Notes: generated by a model not told the origin, from the sequence alone. A stretch of 64,000 nt of DNA from Ginglymostoma cirratum (GCA_024137785.1 JAHRHZ010000019.1:46807400-46871399); one strand, 5' to 3'. Numbered from the stretch's first letter, positions 39,348-51,689 are shown. Program-made: numbers and translations.

Positions 39348-39705
39348 AAAAGCCAAAAGAACTGTGGATGCTGTAAATTGGGAACAAAACCAGAAATTGC
39401 TGGAAAAATTCAGCAGATCCGGCAGCACCTGTGAAGAGGAAATCAGAGTTAACGTTTCGGATCCGGTGACCCTTCCTCAGAACTGGTGGTGGCTGGGAAG
39501 CCATCGGTTTATATGCAGAAGATGCTCTTCTATCTCTTCAGGCTCTATCCTATCGTTTGCTCCCTACCCCCTTCCCCTCCCTATTTTCTGCATATAAACC
39601 AAGGTTTTCCTAGTTCGGAGGAAGGGTCACCAGAACCAAAAAGTTAACTCTGATTTTTTCTTCACAAATGCTGCCAGACCTGCTGAGATTTTCCAGCAAC
39701 TTCAG
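39348..39705. mobile_element. Penelope-derived fold-back element
   Basis: Arms ~39395-39484 and ~39612-39700 are inverted; imperfect TSD tgat(c/t)cagtgt(a/g)ga. Confidence 0.88.
39447..39484 (-). ncRNA. Minimal type I hammerhead ribozyme motif (intact core)
   Basis: AGUU-CUGAGGA-A-GGGUC(ACCG)GAUCC-GAAAC-GUU-AACU: 4-bp stem I, 5-bp stem II, palindromic ACGU at stem III. Confidence 0.75.
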
Positions 39706-39896
39706 TGATTCAGTGTGGAGCTCATTGTTAGAAATGTGAGGTGGAATGGACACCAAGGCACTGGTAAACTACTAGTAGCCTGCCTGAAACTCTAACCCTA
39801 ACCCCAGCATATGTACAGGACCTAAAAACTAAAAACAAATGCAAATTTTACTGCCTCAACAAGATAAGATCAACAAGTATTCACTCTAGTTATTAG

Positions 39897-42052
39897 CAGA
39901 AATGGTAGTGTTGTGATAACACCACTGAACCAGTAATGCAGACCTGCAGACTAGTGATCTGGATACATGGGTTTGAAAGCCACCAAATCTGACAGCAAAA
40001 ATTAATTTCTAGAATTCTAGAAATTCTACAAATAACACTCGTCTAACGGCAACCGTGTAATCATTGTTGACAAAAGTCCAACCTGCTAATGTTGTTTAGG
40101 GAAGGAAATGTCGGATTTACTCAGTCTGGTTGATGTGTGAGCCAGATCCATAGCAAATGTGGTTGTTTCCTAACTGCGCTCTGAAGTGGCCGAACAAGTC
40201 ACATCAAGATTACAACAAAGCTTAAAGCAAGGAAGAAAATCAGATTAGCTACCCAGCATCAATCCGGGCACCAGGAACCATAACAGCAATCTCAACCCTG
40301 TTTACCCTACTCCCTTAGCAACATTTATGGGTTTGTGCTGAAATTGGGACAGCTACATAGATTCGTCAAGCAACAATTTGATATTGTCACAGTTACAGAA
40401 CGGTACCTTACAGATAATGTCCCACCAGTAACAACATCCCTTGATATGTTCTTTCCCAGCAGCAGTATAGACCCACCACAGATGGTGCCACAGTGATATA
40501 CAATCAGGAGGGAGTTGCCCAAGGAAGTCCTCAACGTTGACTCTGAACCCCTTAACGTCTCATGGCATCAGGTCAAACACACACAAGGAAACTTCCTGCA
40601 GATGCCATCCACCATCCGCAAATCAGCTGATGAATCAGTGCTCCTCCATGTTGAACATCACTTTCAATCAGCACTGAGTGTGGCAAGGACACAGAATGTA
40701 CTCCAAGTGGGGGAACTTCATTGTCCATTTACAAGAGTGACTTGGTAGCACAGCTACTGACCAATCTAGATCATAGATCATAGAATCCCTACAGTGTGGA
40801 AACAGGCCCAACAAGTCCACACCAACCCTCGGAGCATCCCACCCAGACCCACCCCACTATAACCCACCTAATTACACATCCCTGAATACTACAGGCAATT
40901 TATCATGGCCAATCCACCCAGCCTGCACATTTTTAGACTGTGGGAGGAAACCGGAGCACCCGGAGGAAACCCACACAGGCATGGGGAGAATGTGCAAACT
41001 CCACACAGACAGTCGCCCGAGGGTGGAATCAAATCCAGGCACTGAGTCCTAAAGAACATCGTTGCTAGACTGGGTCCGTGAGAGTTGGAGATGGAGCAAA
41101 TAAGAGGGAAAAGCATACTTGACCGCATTCTTACAATCTACCTGTCACAGATGCATCTGTCCATGACAATATCAGTAGGAGTGACCACCACAAAATCATT
41201 GTGGAGACAAAGTCCCATATTTGCATTGAGGATACCTTTCATAGTGTTGTGTATCTCTACCATTGTGCTAAACAGGGACAAACCTCAGACATAGCAATAC
41301 AAACTTGAGAATGCATGAGGCATTGTGAATCATCAGCAGCAGAATTATAATCAACAACAATTTACAACTTCATGACCCATCAGAAGGTGGGGAGATCAAA
41401 TCTAGTTCAATGAAGAGTGCAGGAGGGAATGTCAGGAGTAACTTCAGGCATACCTAAAAGTGACGTATCAACTTGGTGAAGCTACAACACGACATGCAAA
41501 GGAAACAGTGGAAAAGGAGGTGCTGTAAAAGGCTGAGTGATCCCACAACTAAAGGATCAAATCTAAACTTTGCAATTCTGCCACAACCAGCCATTATTGG
41601 TGGTAACCAATTAAACAACTAACAGGAGGAGCAGGATTCACATATATTCCCATCTTCAGCGACAGGAGAGCCCGGTACACCAGAGCAAAAAGCAGAGGCT
41701 GAAGCTTTTGCATCTATCTTCCATCAGAAGTGCAAAATGGATGATCCATCGCATCCTCATCCTACAGTCCCCAGGATCACAACTGTCCACCTACAGCTAA
41801 TTTGATTCACCCCACATGATATCAAGGAACAGCTGAAGGCATTAGATACTGGAAAGGTATCGGAACCTGGAAATACTGGAAACCTAACAACATTCCAGCA
41901 ATAGTACCTGTGCTGCAGAACCATCTGTATTCCAAGCCAAGCTCTTCCAGTACAGCAAAAACTCTGGCATCTACCCAGCAGTCTGAAAAATTGTCCAGGT
42001 ACATCCTGTCTGCAAAACGACAGACAAACCAAACCTGGCTAATAACCGCCAA
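39897..42052 (+). mobile_element. LINE family B 5' portion: tRNA-like head, AP endonuclease and linker
   Basis: Head homologous to the SINEs at 10995 and 12226; 'NIYGFVLKLGQLHRFVKQQFDIVTVTERYL' from ~40320; 'VSWHQVK', 'KSILDRILT'; stops at the start of RT. Confidence 0.85.
40768..41045 (-). mobile_element. HE1-type V-SINE (5'-truncated) inside LINE family B
   Basis: atcatagaatccctacagtgtggaaacagg tail; V-domain. Confidence 0.92.
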
Positions 42053-42059
42053 TCATACT

Positions 42060-42725
42060 TTTTTAAAATTTACCATGGGATGTGGCTGTCACTGGTTCAA
42101 CCAGAATTTATCGCCCATTCTCAGTTGCTCTTGAGAAGGTGGTAGTGAGCTGCCTTCTTGAACCATTGAAGACCATACATTATAGGTAGACTCACAATAC
42201 CATTAAGGAGGGAATTCCAGGATTTTGAATCCACAACACTGAAGGAATGGCAATAGGGGTCCAAGTGGCTTGGAGGGAAACTTGCAGATGGTGGTGTTCC
42301 CATGTATCTGCTGCCCTTGTCCTTCTACTTAGAAGTGGGTTTGGAAGGTGCTTTCACAGTGGCAGCAGTATATACCATTTACCAGATGCACCAGAGTAAC
42401 TCATGTAGCCTCCTTCAATGGTAGCTTCCAAACCCAAAACCACCCCCACTTAGTAGGCACAAAGGCAGCAGATGCATGAGAACACGCACCAACTGCAAAA
42501 TCCCCTTCAAGGCTCACACCATCCAGACATGAACATTTTTAACTGCTCTTCTACCGTCGCTGGGTAAAAATTCTGAAACTTCCTCCCTAATGGCATTGTA
42601 GGTCTCCCAAATGGAGGGCAAATGTTCAAGAAGGCAGCTCACGACCATCCTTCTCAAACGCAATTAGGGATGGGCAATAAATGCTGCCCAGCCAGCGACA
42701 TTCACATACCATGAAAGAATATGAA
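42060..42725. mobile_element. Two inverted LINE family B 3' ends (42060-42355 minus; ~42360-42725 plus)
   Basis: gagctgccttcttgaac / gttcaagaaggcagctc and catgtatctgctgcc / ggcagcagatgcatg are reverse-complement pairs. Confidence 0.85.
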
Positions 42726-43644
42726 TGAAGAAATTAGAGCTAGGCAACCACATCTCATGAATAAATGTTTAAAAAGTGTTTCAGTATCAGTCAATCTCAA
42801 TAACAGAATAGAACATTCTGTTCAATCAGTGCCTCTTTATCACAATTTTTGTGAACTAAGTATAATGTTGAATTGTCATAATTCAACAAAAGTTTTGGAT
42901 GTTTCTAAGATAAGAATAACATAATATTAGGAACTTTTGTAAAAAGCATATGTGAAAATATAATCACACCCATCTATGGCATGCATGCATCAAATAGTGC
43001 ACCAAATATGCTGCAATATCCATGTATGATAACTACAAGGAGACGCTGAGGAACAGAGGGGAAGGTTTAGAAGGATCAGTGGGAATTCCTCCCCTTTCCA
43101 ATTTCATTCTGTATGTTCAGACGTCTTTAGTCCTATGATATTCACTTGTTGCTATGGAAGCATACTCCCTGCAGAGCACTACTTCAGCAAGCACACTTTG
43201 TTAATTAATGAAATGGCTTGACGCCAACACCAGAAATCTTCTGCACTGGTGACATTATCAGTCTATGCATTTTCACTTCAAATCAAATTCTGAAAGTCTA
43301 GTGACAGATACATTCTGTGGCTTTGTGATTAATTAACATGGACCGGAATTGCTCTAACAATATGAAGCAAAATCATTAGTAATTCTCGCCAGTGAATTTT
43401 AACAGCAAGCAGATTTTGTGCAGATAACTGCTCTGAGGAGTTAATTTCCTGCCTGCCCAAGGCAATACGAGGCCATGCCTGGCATTATTTAAATGTCACC
43501 AGTTTGCTTCCTTTCTCGTAAATGGACATCATTTCATTTCCTTGGAAGATGTCTTCAATATTCTCTCCAGCTGCTGACCTGATTCAGCCTGGCAGGAAAA
43601 CAACTACAGCTTCCCTACTCAGGTCCCGAACCCACTTTCCAAAT

Positions 43645-44165
43645 GAAGCTGTTGTTTGCTTGTCCTTCTTTCAAAGTGGGTGGCTACAGTATTCACTGTT
43701 CACAATATGGTCTCTCTCACATCAGGAAGAACAAACGCAATCTGTGTGATCATTTTGGAGAACATCTCTATTCAGTCCGCAAGTGTGACCCTGAGCTTGC
43801 AGTTACCTGTCATCTCCATTTTCCAACTTGCGATCACTCTGCCACCTCTCCTCCGGGCGTGGTGCCCTGATCCAGTGAGCCTCAATGTAAGCTTGAGCAG
43901 TACCTAATCTTTCAAAACTGAGTTCAACAATTTTGGACCATAATCTCTGCCACTCTATTTTGTGTCCTTTCCTTTGCATGTTTCAGTTCTTTATTTTTCA
44001 CTCTTAGACAATAGCACACTGCTGTAAGTATATCTTGTGTTCCCTTTCTTGCCCCAGTTCTATTCTCCTTTGTCTCAGAAGGTGAAATTTATCTTTCAGT
44101 CTCTCATGCATTGCACCCTACAACAGATCTTTCCTTCATCCTGTTCCCATCCACCTTCAGCTCAT
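43645..44165 (+). mobile_element. Old Penelope GIY-YIG fragment and pLTR
   Basis: 'YSIHCSQYGLSHIRKNKRNLCDHFGEHLYSVRK'. Confidence 0.75.
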
Positions 44166-44814
44166 CAATCTGAGACATTGGATAGGATGTTCCAGTCCCA
44201 GAGCTGGTAGTGAGAAAGTTCAATGCTTCATCAAGTGACGGGCAAGGAAGTGTTTGGGAAGGACTGTTCTCCAGTCGGTCCAGGGAGTTTGTGCTGTGGT
44301 CTGTCAGGGACGCTGCTCTTGTCTGTCCCAGGGTCTTGGGCTCCATTCCTCCAACACACTGGTTTCCAGGTTGTCTCGGGGTGGGGCCTGGTTCGTGGCC
44401 TGCAGTCTGGATGTGGTGAAAGGCCCGTCCAGGTCACCATCCATGATGAGGTTAACTCACGTCTGGGGACACAGTAAAGCAGAAAGAATGGTCACCAAGA
44501 TGGGGCAGTTCCATGTCAATGCTCTGAGAGTTGGAGGTAGAGGGTCAGGAAGGGGACAATCGCTTTGGTGGTGGGGGAGGTGGTGGTACCAAGGAACATC
44601 AGGGTGCAGGTAGTGATGATAGAGGGAAGGGTAAAAATCAGTGGGGCAGTGGGGTCTCGATTGTGACGGACTCTGGGGCAGGTTGTGAAATTCAAAACTT
44701 ACAATGGTGGGTTTCACAGTAAGTGGGGGGAAGGATCTGGGGCTTTAGGAACGAGGACTGTGAACAGGTGATGGCACAGAATGGGTGACAGGGTTTGGTA
44801 ATCAGACAGCTCAA

Positions 44815-45875
44815 TCTCTCATAGTCATACAGCACAGAAACAGACCCTTTGATCCAACCAGTCCATGCCAAACATGTTCCCAAACTAAACTAGTCCCACC
44901 TGCTGCATTGGCCCACATTTCTCCAAACTTTCCCTATTCATGTAGCTATTCAAATGCCTTTTAAATTTTGTAACTACCTGCATCCATCACTTCATCTGGC
45001 AGTTCATTCCACACACTAAGCACTCTCTATGAAAAAGTTGCCCATCTTGTCCTTTTTAAGTCTTTCTCCTCTCACTTTTAAAAATGCCGCCTTGTTTTGA
45101 ACTCACCCACCTTAGGGAAAAGACTTTTGCTAGTCATCTTATCTAAGGTCACCCTTCAACCTACTATGCTCCAGCAAAAATGCCCCAGCCTATTTTTATA
45201 ACTCAAACCTTCCATTCCCAGCAAAATCCTGGTTTTCTGAATCCTCTCCAGATTAATAATATCCTTCCTATAAGAGCATGACCAAAATTGCACACAATAC
45301 TCCAGAAGAGGCCTCATCAATGTCCTATATAACCTCAACATGACTTCCTAACTACTTTATTCAAAGGTCTGAGCAATGAAGGCAAGAGTGCTAAACGCCT
45401 TCTTGACCACCCCGTCTACCTGTGATGCAAATTTCTAAGAATTATGTACCTGAACCTCTATGTCTCCCTGTTCTGGAATGCTACCCAGGGCCCTACCATT
45501 GTCTCTGCCCTTGTCTCTTGTTTGTTTTACTGAAATGCAATGCCTCACATTTGTCCAAATTAAACTCTATCTGTCATTCCATAGCCCATTGACCCAATTG
45601 ATCAAAATCGCTTTGCAATCTTCGATGAGCTTCTTCACTGTCCACTATACCAACAATTTTGGTGTTATCGCAAACTTACTAATCATATATTTTCATGTAT
45701 ATCATTTATATAAATGACAAACAAAAGTGGACCTAATACCAAACCCAGTGCTGGTCACAGGCCTCCAGTCCAAAAAAAACAACCCTCTACCACCACCCTC
45801 TGACTCCTACTGTCAAGCCAATTTTGTATCCAATTGGCAAGCTCACCCTGAATCCCATGTGATCTAACTTTACTC
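44815..45875 (-). mobile_element. CR1 LINE 3' portion
   Basis: 'MLRLYRTLMRPLLEYCVQFWSCSYRKDIINLERIQK'; tail at 44815-44850. Confidence 0.93.
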
Positions 45876-46429
45876 CATGACTTTCTCCAAACTTGTTGTA
45901 CAGCACTCTTTCAAGCATAAAGAAAGAGCTGCACACAGAGTGCTAGGAGATTCGATGCGTCGAGGCGGACAATGAAATAACGTCTTACACATTATGGCCA
46001 AATGAAGGAGCTTGTATTAATCCGGAGTCTAATGAATGAACAATCAGATGAACTACCCTGAGTTGTTACAATGCCGGCAAATCGACAATACACAAAGAAC
46101 CACATTCCAACAGGATTTATTGCTAAATTACATTTTCATCTCATTGTCACCTCATGATCTCTCAGATGTGCACTAACAATGCAGCAAGGGAGGCAAATGC
46201 AATCGATAATCTACACCATTGGCACAGGCCAACCATCATAAGGACTGTAAGTTTCAGATGCTCTGTCACACGAGGGAAAGAATGAAAACAGGTAAGGCTG
46301 GTTAAGTGAGGGTTGGTGATGGTGTCTGCCTGTTACATAGTGCCAAGTCTCTGAAGCATTCAGCTTAAACCTCCTTGAAAACAAGCTGACTATTGCTAAT
46401 AGGAAGGAGCTTTCAATACTCTGGGCAAT

Positions 46430-46681
46430 GAGCACTACCGTCATGCACACCACCCACTCCAAATCACTCACCATCCTAACTCGGAAATAAATTGCAATTC
46501 TTTCACTGTCACTGGGACAAAGTTCTGGAATTCCCTCCCTAACCCCATTGTAGGTCAACCCATAGCACATGGACTGCAGCAGTTCAAGAAATTTTCTCAC
46601 CGCCACCTTCTCGAGGGCAACTAGGGAGAGGCAATAAATGCTGGCCAGCCAGTGATGTCTACATCCCACAAGGGAATAAAT
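46430..46681 (+). mobile_element. LINE family B 3' end
   Basis: gggcaactagggagaggcaataaatgctggccagccagtgatg...atccca tail. Confidence 0.85.
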
Positions 46682-46872
46682 GACATTGCTACCTCTGGAA
46701 ATCTCCTGAAAGTGACATCATGATAACACAGACCAGCACTGTCATTCTCGGATTATCTTCCTTCTCAGTGGAAACTGTGGACATCATCTGCACAAGTGGC
46801 AATAGGAACTGCAGCAGCAGGAGCCAGCAAAGCTGCAGACAGGCATTAGATACATAGCAGACTGTAAAGACA

Positions 46873-47028
46873 CTGGACACAGACCAGACTGTGCAAGAGG
46901 GCCCACATAACGGCGAGCATTAGCTGGACACAGACCAGACTGTGCAAGAGGGCCCACATAACGGCGAGCATTAGCTGGACACAGACCAGGCTGTGCAAGA
47001 GGGCCTACATAACAGCAAGCATTAGCTG
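46873..47028. repeat. Tandem repeat, 51-bp unit x3
   Basis: ctggacacagaccagactgtgcaagagggcccacataacggcgagcattag at 46873, 46924 and 46975. Confidence 0.97.
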
Positions 47029-47199
47029 AAACCACATCCACAGGTTTTGATGTAGCAATCTGCTGATAACAACCTGTCAATGTTGACAGTGTCTCCTCTG
47101 TCTGCCAGCCTCTGGGCGAGTACCTGCATGTTCATGTATGAGGAGTGACTGTCATTCCGATTGCCTTGAATAAAACCAATAACCCTTAATTTCACTGAC

Positions 47200-48400
47200 A
47201 ATTTAAGGGTCCTCTTTGGAATCTCGTAGGTATCGACTCGTGAATGTACCTGGGAGCTTCCTGATAATTTCTTTGCTAAGCCTCATCTATTTATCGATTT
47301 GCCCTGGGGTTCTGGGGACAGGCAGTCAGGACAGGACACTCTGCTGCTGTTGCAGGATTTCCACAAAGTCACAGCGGTAGTGATTGTACCCACATAAACC
47401 TCACAGCACCCTGTCACCAACCAATGCCCATGGATAAGAAAGGCTTCCCTGAAATGTGCAGATCATCTGTGACCACACCCAATAAACAATGCAGGTTATC
47501 TAGGGAGTTGTCATGAAGCCTATATTCTGGAACATCCATTGGTGCCTCCATCTTTCAGCACCCCTCGGCACAGCACACTGGTGGTTGGTCTGTAACAAGG
47601 TCTACACCACAAACCCTGACAGACACCACCTGCCAGGGATCTTCCGACTTGCCCTCTAAAGAGGTGCACATGGGGCACATGTTCCACATAATCATAGTCG
47701 AGGAGACATTTCTGAACAGCAGGTACAGATGCCTGGACAAGTCAGGTAGTGCAATGCTGTGCACCCCAAATAGATTGTCCCCTCTACATTGGGGAAACCA
47801 AGTGGAGGCTTGGGGACCGCTTTGCAGAACACCTGCGCTCAGTTCGCAACAAACAACTGNNNNNNNNNNNNNNNNNNNNNNNNNNNNNNNNNNNNNNNNN
47901 NNNNNNNNNNNNNNNNNNNNNNNNNNNNNNNNNNNNNNNNNNNNNNNNNNNNNNNNNNNCGACTCGTCTGCCTCCTCTCCACCTATCCTCTCCTCTATCC
48001 ATCCTCCATCCGCCTCCCCCTCTCTCCCTATTTATTTCAGAACCCTCTTCCCCTCCCCCATTTCTGATGAAGGGTTTAGGCCCAAAACGTCAAGTTTTCC
48101 TGCTCCTATGATGCTGCTTGACCTGCTGTGTTCATCCAGCCCCATGCTTGTTATCTCGGATTCTCCAGCATCTGCAGTACCTTTTATCCCCCATATTATA
48201 GTTGTTTGCTGCGCCCAATTCAACCTCATTGGACAAAGGGGGACTGCCTCAAAAGAGGCAGAGATGAATAAGCAGAGTCTTCTCTGTTGGTGAGGATCTG
48301 GAGATGACCCAGGAGGACGCTCTTAGACACCTGGATGACAGGGGCATGGTGCAATGAGACAGAGAGGCACATGACTATCTTATTACCACCTGCTTCTAGG
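47200..48400 (+). pseudogene. Degenerate Harbinger DDE transposase, interrupted by a Penelope insert
   Basis: 'AVAGFPQSHSGSDCTHI', 'VQIICDH', 'YLGSCHEAYIL', 'WLVCNKVY', 'RYRCLDKSGSAM', then after the insert 'IIVVCCAQFNLIGQRG'. Confidence 0.85.
47770..48190 (+). mobile_element. Penelope element (GIY-YIG and pLTR) spanning a 100-N gap (47860-47959)
   Basis: 'CPLYIGETKWRLGDRFAEHLRSVRNKQL'; pLTR with a mutated hammerhead at 48061-48091. Confidence 0.9.
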
Positions 48401-49399
48401 ATTCTGGGCTCTGTCAACATGTTTCTTTTGGCACAAATGAGCTGGCTTCTTGCTTATATCAATACAGCTCATTGACTGAGAAACATTTCATTTTACAGCA
48501 TAGTTTGGAAAAACATCAAAGTTTTTTTTCTGTCTCTTTCTGATATGATCATTTTGGAGCAGGAAGACCAGCTGTGAGACCTCTAGGCTCTGTGACAACT
48601 GCATGTAACTGTAGCTGATACACAATCAGTACTCCCATAGCCAGGAGTTTGTAATATTCTGGGTCAGCCCCTCCAACAAAATAGCAATCAGAATAGAGAA
48701 CACTCGTTCTGGGGACAGCTCCCCAGGTCTTTGACATCCAACCTGATGTCATTAGCCACATGCAGCCCTCTGTTTACTCATGACCCTGTTTCAGTCCTGC
48801 ATTAAAATGGCAGAGCATCCTCAGTGACTAAGCTTCCAAAGGAAGGAGCTGCACAAGTGTTAATATTTTCCCACTGTTCTATACCCACGCCCTCTCCCAA
48901 CTACCAGCACCCCAACACCCCATTTCCCCAAAGGAATAATGGGAGCCATCTCTCACGTATACAAAGCCTACCGCATGCACCAAGAATGCCTAGCCTGGAA
49001 ATAGAGAACTCAGCCAGGGTTGCTTCCTACAATCTGTAGGTGCCCATCACTTCCCTGCATCACCTCCATGAATTACCTTTATTGGGGCACATTTTGTGAC
49101 TGACTTAGTCCCAATATCCTGCTTTTGAACTGATGGGACAAAATGCATTTCCCTTTGTAGAACACTGTTCATCCTCTTACTGCCTTTTTGCATCTGTTTG
49201 GTCACTAACCACCCCACCCCATGTCACCATTGCCAGGGAAGAGACCTCCTTGGCCACCTACACAGCTTTGAGCCGAACTTCTAGAGATGTTTCAATCCTC
49301 TACCAGAATGGGCTGGCTGACAAATGTTCCCACTGAAATAAGGCGTCCCCAGACCTGAGGCCCTGGAGGGGCTTCATCTGGGAAGTGAATATGACTGAG

Positions 49400-50442
49400 A
49401 GAAATAAGAGGTCACACAGTGTAGGTCAAGCTGTCAGAAGAAGGGTGAGGAGGAGGAGTAAAAGGCACCTCAACAGCAAGGCAAGTGAGGTTCTCCTGGC
49501 AATTCCCTGGCCTCAGTTGCCATGAGGACCAATGCGTAAGAAGTCCTTAGTTCATAGAAGAAGTCGTAAACAAGTCGTTGTGGCTATAACTGCAGCCTCA
49601 AACTACTGCTTCTTTTTTGGCCTTGGGTTTCTTCCTGGTTGATCTTCACATATAGCCAACTTTTAACAGTTTGCAATGAACTGCTAAATGAATGAGATCA
49701 CTGAGGCTCTCTACACACAGGCAAACAGTTTCATCTCATTCAGCCATGCAAGATAAAAGCAGGCAGGGCACACACAAGGATTTGTGTGAACAGCAGTCTC
49801 CCTTATGGTGCAAAGTGCCATTGATTTGCAAGAGCAATAACTTCGATGTCCCTAATGTCAACATGCTCTTTTTGTTGTGAGGAATTTGCCTCCCTTTAAT
49901 GCTCAGCTGGGACGTTACCAGAAGCACCACATCATCCTTCAACTGTTCATTATTCTGGCTACATTCACAATTCTTTCTCTTAGCAGCAGTCCTCTGTGCC
50001 AGCTGCATTTGACTCGCTGCAGCATGGCAAACATTGTCAACTGGACTTCAAGTGCTATCCACCCATGACATGGCTCATGCCCCAGTCTGGAACTCACACC
50101 GATGTACACAGCAAGCTGAGAATGAGAGGCATGCTGCCACAATGGAGAGTACACCATCAGGGTCTGTAAGTAAAACTTCCCACTGCCCGACTGCACTGTA
50201 AGTGCCCTCCAGTGCTCAACTGATGTGTGTCAAGATTTCTGGTGGCATATTCCATGCTGCATAAGTGGACCATTCTGAGGTATAGCTATCGCTGCCACTT
50301 CATAGGTGAGGAGCTGAGAAGGAGGTGCAGGAGGAGCCTGAGGAGGAGCAGGAGAAGCCACACGTGGGAAATGGAGAATAGGAAGACAAGAATGTCCCGT
50401 CTTTTTGACCAGGCCCAAAACAATCAGATTATTCAGGAGTGA
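49400..50442 (+). pseudogene. Degenerate Harbinger DDE transposase
   Basis: 'VQSAID', 'YSGYIHNSF', 'DFKCYPPMTWLMP', 'NERHAAT', 'ALQCS', 'SRFLVAYSMLHKWTILR' plus an acidic/Arg-rich tail. Confidence 0.8.
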
Positions 50443-51689
50443 CACTGGTAACCTCAATTACAGTTCCTCATCCACCAAAGCTCCTATAGTTCCATCTATC
50501 TATGGCCATCCCAGAACCACCTTTTGACAACACAAGCATATAATCAACATAAAATGCATATTCCAGTCTAGATTTATAAACTAAATTATGCTTTGATTCA
50601 TAGAAAAATAAACTAATCACTCTTGTGCATCCCCTTAGTGCTGTTTCTCAGTGCCTCTGCCTATACTAATACTCCTAGTCCTACCATTACTTCATGGTAC
50701 ATCTCAAGTGGATAGAGCTTGGATTCTGCAAAGCTACTGACTGTCAACTGAGGACACCGCAGATTGCCTTGGAGTGTAAACTGGAGTGTAAACAGCTCTG
50801 GGACATGACAGCACCATCTCTTCCTATTGGCTCCAGAAGATGGGCCTGGCTGGATGAGCGGCAACAGGCAAATCATTGGAAGATTGGAATTTCTGTAATC
50901 AATAGAGTTCCTGCTGTTCTGTCAGGTAATGTCTCAACAACTCTGCTGATCTTCAATAGAAGAGCTTGGTTAACTCTGCAGCTCTCTGGAGGACCTTCTG
51001 AACAGTCACACCCAGAGCCACAGAGAAACCAGCTTCAACTTGCAAGGCATAATCAGAAATTCCATTGCAGCACTCACAATTTGACAGAAGCTGCTAACTC
51101 TGCAATTGAGTTTGCATTACAGATTACATTTCATTGTGGATGCCACAAGTGTATTGATGGGGGTTAACATCCATTTGAGGCTAGAAAAGATGGGGCCCAA
51201 GCTCTTTACAAAGCCAATACCAAGTTACTGTTTGTCTTTGCACACTCCATGGCATTTTTGTACAAGCTTCCATTAAAGGCTTCTACTGTATCATGGGCCT
51301 GTATCATCTGACTGCTCTGCAGCAGAACTAGTATACAATCTTCCCCTCCAGCAAGACTGAAACCACGTTATCCTTCATCCCTGCCTTAGCTCCTGAGCAC
51401 TTGTGCCCAGTGTCTCAACTCTTGTAGATCTCCCCTCTAGTACAGCCTGTAAAATGTAGGCCGTGTCAATCTCTGAGCTGGTAGGTGCACGTTTAAGAAC
51501 AAGCAACAGCGACTGTATATTTGTTGTCTTCTTGAGTAACTGAAATGAAAAAGGGGCAATGTTGGGTTGTTTTGGGGGAACGGAGAATGTAAGAGTTGTG
51601 TAATCACACCATTTCACTAGTGAGTTAGAAAAGGTTGAGGGATAAAGAAGGAATGGGATGAGTGAAGCAGATTTAGATTTGTAGATAAC

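Noticed and set aside
47200-50442. Domesticated HARBI1/NAIF1-like host genes
   Set aside because: Many stops and frameshifts, altered catalytic motifs and nested insertions
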